NCBI GenBank assembly: GCA_947482825.1
Contig: CANKMT010000008.1
Span: 7,634 to 71,633, forward strand
DNA length: 64,000 nt
Reading direction: 5' to 3'
Origin: Betaproteobacteria bacterium
GTDB lineage: Bacteria > Pseudomonadota > Gammaproteobacteria > Burkholderiales > SG8-39
Position 1 is the first letter of the stretch. Every line of letters begins with the position of its first letter. Shown here one piece after another: positions 1 through 9,770 of this stretch. The notes below the pieces were generated by a model that worked only from the letters and a program-made list of their open reading frames with translations, did no database searches and was not told the origin of the DNA. Both the position numbers and the translations under genes were made by a program.

Positions 1-542
1 TGCATCGCGGATTCGTCGCGGACCAGGCGCATGCCCCGTCCGCCGCCGCCGGCCGAGGCCTTGAGCAGCATCGGGTACCCGATGGATTTCGCTACCTCGG
101 CTGCGGCGCGCCAATCGGCCAGAATCCCCCCCGAGCCGGGCGTCGTGCGCAGCCCCGCCGCAGCCGCGGCGGCGATTGCGGCGGCCTTGTTCCCCATCAG
201 ATCGATCACGTCGGCGCTGGGCCCCACCCACACCAGGCCGCTCGAGGCGCACAACCGCGCGAATGCCGCGTTTTCGGAAAGAAAGCCGTACCCGGGATGA
301 ATGGCGTCGGCCTTGAAAGCCGTGGCTGCGCTGACCAACAAAGGCCCGTTCAAATAGCTTTCCGAGGACCGCGGCTTGCCGATGCAAACGGCGCGATCGG
401 CCAACTTTACGGCGAGCGAGTCGCGGTCCGCGTCGGAGTAGACCTGGACGGTCTCGATGCCCAGATCGCGGCAGGTCCGATTGATGCGGACCGCGATTTC
501 GCCGCGATTCGCGATAAGGATGCGTTTTATCGGTTTAGACAT
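1..542 (-). CDS. biotin carboxylase (ATP-grasp), 5' part only; the gene runs off the left edge
   Basis: Not in the ORF track because it is truncated by the window. The reverse complement from ATG (540-542) reads MSKPIKRILIANRGEIAVRINRTCRDLGIETVQVYSDADRDS...HPGYGFLSENAAFA...GYPMLLKASAGGGGRGMRLV. This is the canonical biotin carboxylase N-domain plus the glycine-rich ATP-grasp loop. It starts 12 nt after the stop of the upstream gene. Confidence 0.9.
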   Translation of the reverse strand, partial: MSKPIKRILIANRGEIAVRINRTCRDLGIETVQVYSDADRDSLAVKLADRAVCIGKPRSSESYLNGPLLVSAATAFKADAIHPGYGFLSENAAFARLCASSGLVWVGPSADVIDLMGNKAAAIAAAAAAGLRTTPGSGGILADWRAAAEVAKSIGYPMLLKASAGGGGRGMRLVRDESAM

Positions 543-554
543 GGTCGGCGCGCT

Positions 555-2666
555 CTATTCATCGCATTCGAGTTTGAAATCGACGATCTGCGCCCCAGAG
601 CTGGTCATGATCACCGGATTCAGGTCGATCGAAAGAATCGAGGTCTCTGCAATCGAAAGCAATGCGACCTTCGAAACGAGGATCGCAAGGGCGTCGACGT
701 TCAGCGGCGCGCGCCCTCTTGCCCCGGCAAGCAAAGGAAAAAATTTCGCGCGCTCTAGCAGGCGCTTGGCCTGCGCCGCGTCGAACGGCGCCAGGCGCAT
801 GACGGTTTCCTTCATGATTTCGACGTAAATGCCGCCCAGTCCGACCACGACCAGCGGACCGAAAATCGGGTCCCGTTTCATTCCCACGAACACTTCCAGA
901 GATCCCCGGGTCATTTTCTGCACCAGGATTCCCTCCTTGTCGGCGATCACTATCGCGTCGAGCGCGGCGCAGCATCGGTCCAGCTGAGGGTCTGATTCGA
1001 TATCCAGGTGCACGCCCCCGATGTCGCTCTTGTGCGCGAGGTTCCGCGCGATGAGCTTGACCGCAACCGGATAGCCGAGGCTGGCCGCCGCGCGCTTCGC
1101 TTCCGCCGCGTTACTCGCCAGAATGCCCGGCGCGAGATCGAGCTCATAACCGCGCAGCAAGTCGATCTGAGCCTGGTATCGGCCCAAGTCGTCAAACGCC
1201 CGAGCCTTCGACCGAGCCTGAGCCGCATCGGCAGGCGGGCTGTAGTCCAATGCCACGCGCTCGCGTCCGGCCTCCCAGCGTAGCCGCACGGCAATGACCT
1301 TCGCGCATCGGACCGGGTCGGAAAAAACCGGAATCCCGCTTTTCCTGAGTTGATCGAGCGCGTCCTGTTTTGCCGCGATCCACGCGACTCCGAACAAACA
1401 CTTCGATTCGTCGGCGAGGCGGCTCAATTCCTCGGCAAGCGCACTTCCTTGCCGCCAAATCAAGTTGACGCACAGCATGACGGCATCGTACTCGCCGCTA
1501 TGCAGGACATCGCGCACGGTGTCCGTCATCAAGACCGGGTTGAAGATCACGTTCGCCGTCATGTCGATCGGGTTTTGCAACGAGGCGAACGCGGGCAGAC
1601 GTTGCGCCAGCGCCGCGCGCAAGGTATCCGAAGGCGGCGCGACGTCCATTCCTTCGCTCGTGCAGGTATCGGCCATCAGGACGCCGGCGCCTCCGGAGTG
1701 ACTCAGGATGGCCACGCGCGGGCGGCGAGGGGCGTCCATCGCCAGCGCGGGCGCCGAAAATATCTTCAATAGATCGATCAACTCCTCGATGCTCTGAGCC
1801 CGGATCAAGCCGGATTCGTCGAACGCCGCTCGGTACACCTCGTCCGCACCCGCCAAGGCACCCGTGTGCGACTGCACCGCCCGCCCGCCCGCTTCGCTTG
1901 CGCCGACTTTGATCAGGACCACCGGCTTTCCGGCGAGCGCCGCCTTGATTGCCGCAGCGCGGAATTTTTGTCCGTCGCGGATGCTCTCCACATATCCGGC
2001 GATGATTCGGATCTCCGGATCCTCGGCAAAATAGTCGCAGAAGTCGCCGAACTCCAGATCCCCTTCGTTGCCGGTGCTGGCGAAATAGCCGATTCCGATT
2101 TTCTCCGCGTGCGCAAGCGCCGTGATCGCGGTGCCGACCGCGCCGCTCTGGCTCACGAATCCAACCGGACCGCCGACGAGGCCTTCCTGATCGTAGACCT
2201 GGCTGATGGAGGGAAAGATCTTTTCCCAGGCGTTCGCGCTGCCAACTGAATTCGGGCCGACGAAGCGGATGCCTTTCTCCAGGGCTTTCAGCCTGAGCCT
2301 TTCCTGCAGCCGGACGCCCTCGGGACCGATTTCCGCGAAGCCCGACGAGATGACCACCGCGGACTTGACCTGCCCCTTTCGGCACTCATTAAAAAGATCT
2401 TCGACACGCGCCGCTCCGATGGCCACCACCAGCAGGTCGACCTCCCCCGGAATATCCGCCATCGATCGGACGCAGGCGATGCCGCCGATCTGCTCGAGCG
2501 TGGGATGGACGAGATAGATCTTTCCCGCGTAGGCGTGCCTGGTCAGAAAGGCCAGCGGCAGCGAGCCGAGCTTTGCCCGATCGGCTGAAGCGCCTGCGAT
2601 TGCAATGCTCTTGGGACGCAGCATCGCGGCTATCGATGCCCGGGTTGCATCCGCGCCGATCGTCAT
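555..2666 (-). CDS. ADP/NDP-forming acyl-CoA synthetase (acetate--CoA ligase family, CoA-binding + ATP-grasp fusion)
   Basis: 703-aa ORF. The N-terminus (KSIAIAGAS...) is a CoA-binding Rossmann domain, the middle is succinyl-CoA-ligase-like and the C-terminus is an ATP-grasp. The length is typical for fused alpha/beta ACD enzymes. Confidence 0.85.
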   Translation of the reverse strand: MTIGADATRASIAAMLRPKSIAIAGASADRAKLGSLPLAFLTRHAYAGKIYLVHPTLEQIGGIACVRSMADIPGEVDLLVVAIGAARVEDLFNECRKGQVKSAVVISSGFAEIGPEGVRLQERLRLKALEKGIRFVGPNSVGSANAWEKIFPSISQVYDQEGLVGGPVGFVSQSGAVGTAITALAHAEKIGIGYFASTGNEGDLEFGDFCDYFAEDPEIRIIAGYVESIRDGQKFRAAAIKAALAGKPVVLIKVGASEAGGRAVQSHTGALAGADEVYRAAFDESGLIRAQSIEELIDLLKIFSAPALAMDAPRRPRVAILSHSGGAGVLMADTCTSEGMDVAPPSDTLRAALAQRLPAFASLQNPIDMTANVIFNPVLMTDTVRDVLHSGEYDAVMLCVNLIWRQGSALAEELSRLADESKCLFGVAWIAAKQDALDQLRKSGIPVFSDPVRCAKVIAVRLRWEAGRERVALDYSPPADAAQARSKARAFDDLGRYQAQIDLLRGYELDLAPGILASNAAEAKRAAASLGYPVAVKLIARNLAHKSDIGGVHLDIESDPQLDRCCAALDAIVIADKEGILVQKMTRGSLEVFVGMKRDPIFGPLVVVGLGGIYVEIMKETVMRLAPFDAAQAKRLLERAKFFPLLAGARGRAPLNVDALAILVSKVALLSIAETSILSIDLNPVIMTSSGAQIVDFKLECDE

Positions 2667-2858
2667 TGGCTCCTCCTTGACGTGCCGCGATTTTTGAATT
2701 CGACGCGGACCCGAAATGCTAGCTGAATTCGCCTACAATAGTGCAGACCGGTTCGCAGGCAATGCTCGTGGGGTGGATCTTTCGCGAGAGTGGTGGAGTT
2801 CGATTCGGTTGGGTCTGGCAAGCGGCATCCGATCTATTCGCGCTAAGGACATTCGCCG

Positions 2859-4145
2859 ATGGAACTCTCGATCCTGATGGGCGCCCTGCTGGTGATGATC
2901 TTCATCGGTGCGCCGATTGCCGTGACGATGGCGGTGCTGCCCGCCATCTACATTCTGGTCACCGGCGAATTGCCGCTCAGCACGGTCCCCTACCAGATGT
3001 ATGAAGCGATCTCCAGCGCGCCGCTGATCGCGATCCCGTTCTTTCTGCTCACCGGAGCGCTGATGAATTCCGGCCAGATCACCGAGCGGCTGCTGCTGCT
3101 CAGCCGGGAACTGGTCGGCCGCGTACGCGGCGGTCTTGCGCAGACCACGGTGCTGGTGAGCATGATGTTCGCCGGAATGAGCGGCTCGGCGGTGGCCGAC
3201 ACCGCTGCGGTTGGCGGCGTCCTGATCCCGGCCATGAAAAAAGCCGGATATCACGGCCCTTTTTGTGCCGCGCTGGCCGCCGTCTCCGGAACGATCGGCG
3301 GAATCGTCCCCCCGAGCATAGTCATGATCCTGCTTGCCAGCACCATGGGGCTGTCCACGGGCGGCCTGTTCATGGCGGGCATCCTGCCAGGCGTCCTGAT
3401 CGGGCTCATGCTGATGGGCGTCGCGTATGTGATTTCAGTCCGGCGGAACTATCCGCGCTACGAGGAGCCTTTCCGTTGGCGCGCGCTGGGCGCGGCGTTC
3501 GTCGGCGCCCTGCCGCCGCTGCTCATACCGCTTGTGATCATTCTAGGCATCGTCTTCGGCGTGTTTACCGCAACCGAAGCGGGCGCAATGACGGTGATCG
3601 TCGCAGCGATGATCGGGTTGTTTCTATATCGAACGCTGACGTTCCGCGAACTTGGCGCGACCGTGTCGCACACGGTCAAGATCACTTCTTCGGTCTTTTT
3701 CATCCTCGCCGCGTCGGGTCCGTTTTCCTGGCTGTTGAACCGCATCGGCGCCCTCAAGGGACTCGAAGGCTGGTTCATGGGGTTCGCCGGCTCGCCTTTC
3801 ACATTCACGCTGCTCTTGATCGGCTTCATTCTGCTCGTGGGCACGGTCATCGAGACGATTCCCGCCATCGTGGTGCTGGCGCCGACCTTGATCAAGGTCT
3901 GCGTGGCCGCCGGCTTTCATGAAATCCAGGCCGCCCTCGTCCTGGTGGTCGGGTTCATCATGGGTGCGGTCACGCCACCGGTGGGGATCGTCTACTTCAC
4001 CGCGGCTTTCATCGCCGAAGAGCCGCTCGAAAAAGTTGCCGTCGCCTTGATTCCATTCATGCTCGTCGAAGTGGTGGCGATGTTCCTGATTCTGTACTTT
4101 CCCGCGCTGACCCTGTGGATGCCGAAGTTGCTGGGGTTCGTGTGA
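2859..4145 (+). CDS. dctM: TRAP transporter large permease (DctM family)
   Basis: 428 aa, polytopic, with DctM-typical motifs (IPFFLLTGALMN, MFAGMSGSAVAD). Confidence 0.92.
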   Translation: MELSILMGALLVMIFIGAPIAVTMAVLPAIYILVTGELPLSTVPYQMYEAISSAPLIAIPFFLLTGALMNSGQITERLLLLSRELVGRVRGGLAQTTVLVSMMFAGMSGSAVADTAAVGGVLIPAMKKAGYHGPFCAALAAVSGTIGGIVPPSIVMILLASTMGLSTGGLFMAGILPGVLIGLMLMGVAYVISVRRNYPRYEEPFRWRALGAAFVGALPPLLIPLVIILGIVFGVFTATEAGAMTVIVAAMIGLFLYRTLTFRELGATVSHTVKITSSVFFILAASGPFSWLLNRIGALKGLEGWFMGFAGSPFTFTLLLIGFILLVGTVIETIPAIVVLAPTLIKVCVAAGFHEIQAALVLVVGFIMGAVTPPVGIVYFTAAFIAEEPLEKVAVALIPFMLVEVVAMFLILYFPALTLWMPKLLGFV

Positions 4146-4162
4146 GTGCAGGGGGGCGCATC

Positions 4163-4693
4163 ATGCCTCTTATGAAGATCGAACGCGCGAATCTGGCGGT
4201 CACTTCGGCCGTCAGGACGGTCTGCAGCATCCTGCTCGTGTCGATGGTGGTGTTCACCGTCTATACAGTGGTGATGCGATACGTGTTCAGCAATCCGCCG
4301 TTCTGGGGGGACACTGTGTCGGTATTCTGCAATATCTGGGTCACGTTGCTCGGCTACAGCCTCGCGGTGCGCGACCGGGAAGATATCGCCCTGCGCGGGT
4401 TCTACAAACTCCTGTCCCCGAGAGCGGGCTTTCTGCTCGACATGTTCTGGAACGCGATGGTGTTTTCTTTCGGCCTGTACCTGCTGTGGTATGGATGGGC
4501 GGCCGCCGGAAACGTGCCCGGCATGTATTGGGAACTCGGCGGATTGCCGAAGTTGTATCCGATGCTGGTCTTGCCGATCGCCGGGTTCCTGATCGCAATG
4601 TCCGCGTCGATGGTGATTCTGGAAGACGCTTTGATCCTGCTGGGCAGGCGCCCGTCGCGCGATCTTACGTCGGCCGCTCAGGAGATGATCTGA
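4163..4693 (+). CDS. dctQ: TRAP transporter small permease (DctQ family)
   Basis: The ORF track starts at GTG 4115 inside dctM. I prefer ATG 4163 (MPLMKIERANL...), which is preceded by AGGGGGG. Four predicted TM segments and typical DctQ size. It is unusual in lying downstream of dctM. Confidence 0.8.
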   Translation: MPLMKIERANLAVTSAVRTVCSILLVSMVVFTVYTVVMRYVFSNPPFWGDTVSVFCNIWVTLLGYSLAVRDREDIALRGFYKLLSPRAGFLLDMFWNAMVFSFGLYLLWYGWAAAGNVPGMYWELGGLPKLYPMLVLPIAGFLIAMSASMVILEDALILLGRRPSRDLTSAAQEMI

Positions 4694-5478
4694 GGATCGG
4701 CCGTGTGCTGCGCGGGCTCTGTGCCGAAATTCTGCTGCCGTAGCCAGACCTTCACCTCCGCCGCGAGACGCACCATGGCCGGGTTAGTCGGGTCGCGCGG
4801 CCGCTCGAAATCGACCACCTTGATCTCTTCGACGCGTCCGGGCCGCGGCGCCATGATCGCGATGCGGTCCGAAAGCTTGATCGCCTCGTCGATGCTGTGC
4901 GTCACGAAGATCACCGTTTTGGGTTCGCGCTGCCAGATCTTGAGCAACTCGTCCTGCATGTATTCGCGCGTCTGGATATCGAGCGAGGCGAACGGCTCGT
5001 CCATCAGCAGGATGGAGGGATTGACCGCAAGCGCGCGCGCGATGCTGACGCGTTGGCGCATGCCTCCGGAGAGTTCCCTCGGGTAGCGTGATTCGAAACC
5101 CTGGAGGCCGACCAGCGCAATGTAGTGCTCGACCAGTCGCGATTGTTCGCTTTGCGACAGGCGCTTGCGCTGCAGTCCGTAGCGCACGTTCTGTGCAACC
5201 GTGTACCAGGGAAAAAGCGCGAACTCCTGGAACACGACCGCGCGCTCCCAACCGGGCTTGGAGATCAGTTCTCCCCCGACCCGCAGCTCACCGCGCGAAG
5301 GCTGCTCGAATCCGGCGAGCAGGTTGAGCAAGGTCGTCTTGCCGCAACCGCTCGGGCCGACGATCGAGAAGAATTCGTTTTTCTCCACTTCGAGATTGAC
5401 GTCGTGCAAGGCGAGCAAGGGCTCGCCCTTCATCGACACGTGCACTTTGCTCACATTGGAAACGCTGACCTGGGACAT
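4678..5478 (-). CDS. ABC transporter ATP-binding protein (NitT/TauT family)
   Basis: Walker A GPSGCGKTT, signature LSGGMRQR, Walker B LLMDEPF. Its 3' end overlaps the dctQ 3' end by 16 nt (convergent). Confidence 0.93.
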   Translation of the reverse strand: MSQVSVSNVSKVHVSMKGEPLLALHDVNLEVEKNEFFSIVGPSGCGKTTLLNLLAGFEQPSRGELRVGGELISKPGWERAVVFQEFALFPWYTVAQNVRYGLQRKRLSQSEQSRLVEHYIALVGLQGFESRYPRELSGGMRQRVSIARALAVNPSILLMDEPFASLDIQTREYMQDELLKIWQREPKTVIFVTHSIDEAIKLSDRIAIMAPRPGRVEEIKVVDFERPRDPTNPAMVRLAAEVKVWLRQQNFGTEPAQHTADPQIIS

Positions 5479-5500
5479 GATTTCTACCGAAGGTGGGCCG

Positions 5501-6364
5501 CTACTGGCCGCGGTGCCAGGGCATGACCAGCAACGCGGCCTTGCGCATCAGAAAGTCCAGCACCAGCCCCAGCACGCCGATCAGGACCATGCCCAGAAGA
5601 ATGTAGTCGCTGCGAAAAACGGTTCGCGCGTTGTTGATCATGAAGCCCAGTCCGCTCGGCGCGGCGACCAATTCGCCGGCGACGAGGGCCATCCACCCTA
5701 TGCCCAGGCCGATGCGCATGCCGGTGAATATGTTCGGAAGGGCGCCCGGGAGGACGACGGTGAAAAACAATTCTCCGGGGCGCGCACCGAGGCTGAGTCC
5801 CGCGCGCACCAGATAAGGCTCGACATCGCGCGCCCCGGCCATCGAGTTGAGGACGATCGGAAAGAACGCCGCAAGAAAAATAATGTAGACGATCTGAGTG
5901 TCGCCAATGCCGAACCAGAGAATGCTCAATGGAATCCAGGCCAGCGGCGGGATCGGACGGATGAATTCGATCAACGGATCGACCGCCTTGCGGAACTTCG
6001 GGGACCATCCCATCGCCAATCCCAGGGGTACGCCGATCAACGTGGCCGTACCCACCGCAGTGAGGACTCTTGAAAGACTGGCCAGCACGTGCGTGTGGAG
6101 TACTCCGCGTTCGATCAAATCCATCGCCGCGGAGAACACCGCCGTGGGCGGCGGCAGCATCACGTCAAGCTGCGGGTTGAAGCGCACGCCCAGCACGCTG
6201 ACGGTTTGCCAGACCGCGATGAACAGCACGAGCAGCCAAAAATCGCCGACCCGGGAAAGGACTCGCCGCCATCCCCCCGGCGGTGGCGGCACCATCGATG
6301 CCGCCAACTGCGCCAACTGCTCCGGGGTCGCCTTGATTCGTGTGGGGGAGACGGCCTCCGTCAT
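5501..6364 (-). CDS. ABC transporter permease (NitT/TauT family, BPD_transp_1)
   Basis: 287 aa, six TM segments, EAA-like loop. ATGA overlap with the upstream receptor gene. Confidence 0.9.
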   Translation of the reverse strand: MTEAVSPTRIKATPEQLAQLAASMVPPPPGGWRRVLSRVGDFWLLVLFIAVWQTVSVLGVRFNPQLDVMLPPPTAVFSAAMDLIERGVLHTHVLASLSRVLTAVGTATLIGVPLGLAMGWSPKFRKAVDPLIEFIRPIPPLAWIPLSILWFGIGDTQIVYIIFLAAFFPIVLNSMAGARDVEPYLVRAGLSLGARPGELFFTVVLPGALPNIFTGMRIGLGIGWMALVAGELVAAPSGLGFMINNARTVFRSDYILLGMVLIGVLGLVLDFLMRKAALLVMPWHRGQ

Positions 6365-7722
6365 GCCTTGTGGGTCTTTCCCATGAACGTCCAGGGCTTG
6401 GTGAGTTCACCCGCCTCTGGAAACGGCGCCGGTCCGCTCAACAGGCTTGCGCCGTAGGGTTTGTACGGCAGATTGCCCACGCCGCCAAAGTCCCGCGGCA
6501 GGAAAGGCGGCTTGTCGGGAACTTTCCAGCCCAGTTTCTCGAAAGTCCCGGCCATGTAGCGGGTGCGCCGCACATTGCGCCAATCTTCGTTGCTGACCTT
6601 ATTCTTCGAGGCCCCGGTCGAGTGGGCCCATTCGCTGATCCGCGTTTCTTCTTTAGGCCACAATCCGTTGGGATCGTCGAACGGGTAGTACACCGTCGGC
6701 TTGGGCCAGAACAGGTTGCGCTCGGACATCTTCTTGATCAGGTCGCGGCTCAGGCGCCCGTAGGCCGGCAGCGCCATCAGGGACGTGATCGCCTGTTCCT
6801 GATTGGCTTTGTTCCACAGCACGGCCTCCACGAACGCGTCGGTCATCGCCTGGGCCACGTCCGGTGCGTTTTCCTCGAGTTCGCGGCGCGTGTAGTAGTA
6901 CCCGCTGTAAATATAGTAAGGATCCAGCGCCTCGAGCATCCGGGTCGACTTGAGCACTTCGGTCGAATAGGAGACGTGCGGCTCCCAGATCGTGTACACG
7001 TCGAGGCCTTTCGGACCCGTGGCAAGATCGCCAGGCGGCGAGCTGCGCAGCGTGAAATCCTGGTTTTCCTTGAGGCCCAGGTAGTTCGCCGCAGCAATGA
7101 AGCCGAAATGGTTCGTCGACCCGGTGGTTGTGCCGACGATCGCCGGCCGTTTCAGCACCCTGGCGTCCTTGAGATCGGCCAGGCTTTTCAGCGGGGAGTC
7201 GAGCGGTACGGTCGCAGCGTGCGTGATTCCGGGCGAGTGCACGGCCAGCGCGCTGGTGGGCACCTTGTTGCTGATCAGGGCGAGGACGCCAAGACCGCCC
7301 GTACTCGCGAGCTGGATGCGTCCGGGAATGAAGGCTTCATTGGAAAATCCGGCGGCGACGAAGGTCTGCCACTTGACCTCGATGCCGCGCTTTTCCAGCA
7401 GCTTTTGGCTCTGCAGCGTGTGGTTGATCAGTTCCTGACCCGACCAAACCACGATCCAGGCCGCACTGATCGGCCACCAGCCTTTGCTTTCCAGCCATTG
7501 CCTGGATTTCGCCGAAATCTGTTCATAGGGGGTCGGCCATCCCCACTCGGTGAATTGCTGCGCCCCGGCCTGCGCTTGGGCGTTCCCAGTGCCCAGGAGA
7601 TTGCCCGCAATAAGGCCGCCCGCGGCTTTTGCCGCGTGGCCGAGGAATTTCCTCCGATCCACTCCGGCTTTCGTTTCAACGGGCACTGCGGGGCGATCGT
7701 CGTCTGACTCGAATGAGCTCAT
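6361..7722 (-). CDS. ABC transporter periplasmic substrate-binding protein (NMT1/THI5-like), Tat signal
   Basis: 453 aa. Twin-arginine signal (VDRRKFLGHAAKAAGG). AAGGAGAAGG Shine-Dalgarno upstream of the ATG. Confidence 0.85.
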   Translation of the reverse strand: MSSFESDDDRPAVPVETKAGVDRRKFLGHAAKAAGGLIAGNLLGTGNAQAQAGAQQFTEWGWPTPYEQISAKSRQWLESKGWWPISAAWIVVWSGQELINHTLQSQKLLEKRGIEVKWQTFVAAGFSNEAFIPGRIQLASTGGLGVLALISNKVPTSALAVHSPGITHAATVPLDSPLKSLADLKDARVLKRPAIVGTTTGSTNHFGFIAAANYLGLKENQDFTLRSSPPGDLATGPKGLDVYTIWEPHVSYSTEVLKSTRMLEALDPYYIYSGYYYTRRELEENAPDVAQAMTDAFVEAVLWNKANQEQAITSLMALPAYGRLSRDLIKKMSERNLFWPKPTVYYPFDDPNGLWPKEETRISEWAHSTGASKNKVSNEDWRNVRRTRYMAGTFEKLGWKVPDKPPFLPRDFGGVGNLPYKPYGASLLSGPAPFPEAGELTKPWTFMGKTHKA

Positions 7723-7888
7723 TGCGCCTTCTCCTTGGTCGAATTGAGATCCTTATTTCCGCTTTTTGACGGGCGCCCGCGAGTCTTTGCGGAGCCAGCT
7801 TCCGGCGCCGCTGTCACGGTTCTTTTTTTCCGCGGACCGGCGGGAAGTATCGCGGGAGGTTTCTTCCAGTGTCAATCGGCATTGCGAA

Positions 7889-9229
7889 TCATCGGGACCG
7901 CACCACCAATCCCGCGTGCTCCAGAAATGCCGCGAACCCCAGAACGTCGGCGTCGCCAAGGCGCCTGGCGTTGACCTGCACGCCGATGGGCAGGCCGCGA
8001 GCGCCGGTCAATGCCGGCACCGACAGCGCCGGCGCGCCGGTGAACGTCCAGATCGTCTGCATGACCGGATCGCCGGTCATTGCGAGCGTGGCCGGCGCCT
8101 CCCCGGTGGCCGCAAGGCCGACGGTTACATCCAGTGAGTCGAACACCTTGTCCATCGAGGCTTGCGCCCAGGACTGAAACTGGCGTGCTTCGGCGATTCG
8201 GGACTGTGTGAGCGCGTGTCCGCGTCTAATATTCTCGCTCAGCGAGACACTGAAATTTTCGGGGTTCCGGGCCGCGCTCTCATATAGGTGCGCTGCAACA
8301 CCGGCATCCTGGAGAACCATATGGTGACCGTGAAGCAATTCGAATCCGGAAGGCAATTCGAGATCGACGACTTCGACGAAACCTTTTAACCGGGATACGA
8401 AGTCTTCCATGCGCCCTCGCGCATCGTCATCGCAACGTCCCCAGACGGGCGTGCGGCAAAAGCCGACGCGCCAGCGCCGCTGCGGCCCGTGCCGCACCGC
8501 ATCCTGCAATCCACCCATGCGAATTCCGAGACTGCCGGGATCTTCGGGATCGGGTCCGATCAAGGTTTCCAATGCAATCGCCAGACCTTCCAGATCGCGG
8601 CAAAACAGGCCCGGCGTGTCGACTTCCGCAGCGATCGGCTGCAACCCGGTGCGCGACAACAGACCGTAGGTCGGCTTAACGCCGTACACGCCGCAATAGG
8701 ACGCCGGACGCAGCATCGAACCGTTGGTCTGCGACCCGAACGCGAGCGGGACCATGAACGCCGCGACTGCAGCGGCCGAACCCGAGGAACTGCCTCCCGG
8801 TGTATGGGCCGGATTGTGCGGATTGCGGGTGGCGCCGGGATGCAAAAGAGCATATTCGGTCGTCACCGTCTTTCCCATTACGATCGCGCCTGCCTTACGC
8901 GCCAGTTCGACCAGTCGTGCGTCGTGGGCGGGACGCCGACCACGCCAATGAAGGCCGCCCCATTCGGTGGGAAAATCCGCCGTGTCGTACGTGTCTTTTA
9001 CCCCCAGCGGCAAACCATGCAACGGCCCGCGCGAAGTTCGGGGCGCCGCGTCCGCCTGTTCTGCCAGATGCATGGCACGCGATTCATCCAGCGCCGCCCA
9101 CGCTTTCAACTCCGGTTCACGCGAACGAATGTGCGCCAGCATCGCGCGCATCAGTTCCGCGCAAGTGAGGCTGCCGTCCCGGATTCGGCGCAACGCGTCG
9201 CCGGCATCCAGGCGATTTGCGCCGTTCAC
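7889..9229 (-). CDS. amidase (amidase-signature family)
   Basis: GGSSSGSAAAV signature with GVKD and TNGS catalytic motifs. The ORF-track start (9304) overlaps the upstream gene by 79 nt. A GTG at 9229 gives a GTGA start/stop overlap and a normal AS-family N-terminus (VNGANRLDAGDALRRIRDGSLTCAEL). Confidence 0.88.
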   Translation of the reverse strand: MNGANRLDAGDALRRIRDGSLTCAELMRAMLAHIRSREPELKAWAALDESRAMHLAEQADAAPRTSRGPLHGLPLGVKDTYDTADFPTEWGGLHWRGRRPAHDARLVELARKAGAIVMGKTVTTEYALLHPGATRNPHNPAHTPGGSSSGSAAAVAAFMVPLAFGSQTNGSMLRPASYCGVYGVKPTYGLLSRTGLQPIAAEVDTPGLFCRDLEGLAIALETLIGPDPEDPGSLGIRMGGLQDAVRHGPQRRWRVGFCRTPVWGRCDDDARGRMEDFVSRLKGFVEVVDLELPSGFELLHGHHMVLQDAGVAAHLYESAARNPENFSVSLSENIRRGHALTQSRIAEARQFQSWAQASMDKVFDSLDVTVGLAATGEAPATLAMTGDPVMQTIWTFTGAPALSVPALTGARGLPIGVQVNARRLGDADVLGFAAFLEHAGLVVRSR

Positions 9230-9735
9230 GTCGATACTCGCCTGAGCAGTGCGCGCGTGAACGCGCCGTCGAACCAGGCATTTTTCGCCAGCCGCGCGAA
9301 CCACGCCGTGGACCGGGAGAATTTTCGCTCCGCGCTATCGAGCGCACTCTTGTCCGACATCTGGTGCATGGCGTAGAACTGGCACCCGTTCGCGACTTTC
9401 CGCTCCACGAACCGGCACCCGCTCCAGATCGGGCATTCGAGCAGGATGGGCATGTGCTCGATCTTGTACCAGGCGAGAAACTCCTCCCTGAAATCCTGCG
9501 GCGTCCATAGGCCCACGTAGAAAAGCCAGTCGCCGCCCGACGCCCCGAAGTCACCGCCCGTGAACAGGATGCTTGCGTCGAATTCCGCGCTCGCACCCGC
9601 CGGCTTCGCGCTTTCGCTCACCACCATGCCGCCTTTGGCGTCATCGCGCAAATAGGGCTCGGCATCGCTGCCGAGCCCGATCGCATGGCGACGAATTTCC
9701 ACCGCATCCGCCGTCGATAAATCCCGGATCAGCAC
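9226..9735 (-). CDS. hypothetical protein, EthD/DUF4286-like dimeric alpha/beta-barrel C-terminal domain (paralogue of 12358-12858)
   Basis: 169 aa with a GTG start. The C-terminal ~100 aa (FREEFLAWYKIEHMPILLECPIWSGCRF...WFARLAKNAWFD) align with the 12358-12858 product. The F-x2-WY-x2-EH-x-P-x-LL pattern resembles EthD-type barrels. Confidence 0.6.
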   Translation of the reverse strand: MLIRDLSTADAVEIRRHAIGLGSDAEPYLRDDAKGGMVVSESAKPAGASAEFDASILFTGGDFGASGGDWLFYVGLWTPQDFREEFLAWYKIEHMPILLECPIWSGCRFVERKVANGCQFYAMHQMSDKSALDSAERKFSRSTAWFARLAKNAWFDGAFTRALLRRVST

Positions 9736-9770
9736 GCGGCCACCCGTTCTGATTCGCGCGCCACGGGGCC

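Noticed and set aside
7820-7870. T-run next to a GC-rich inverted repeat between the amidase and the ABC receptor gene, considered as an intrinsic terminator
   Set aside because: In the direction of transcription (minus strand) the hairpin is followed by an A-run, not a U-tract. On the plus strand the T-run precedes the hairpin. Neither orientation gives a canonical terminator.
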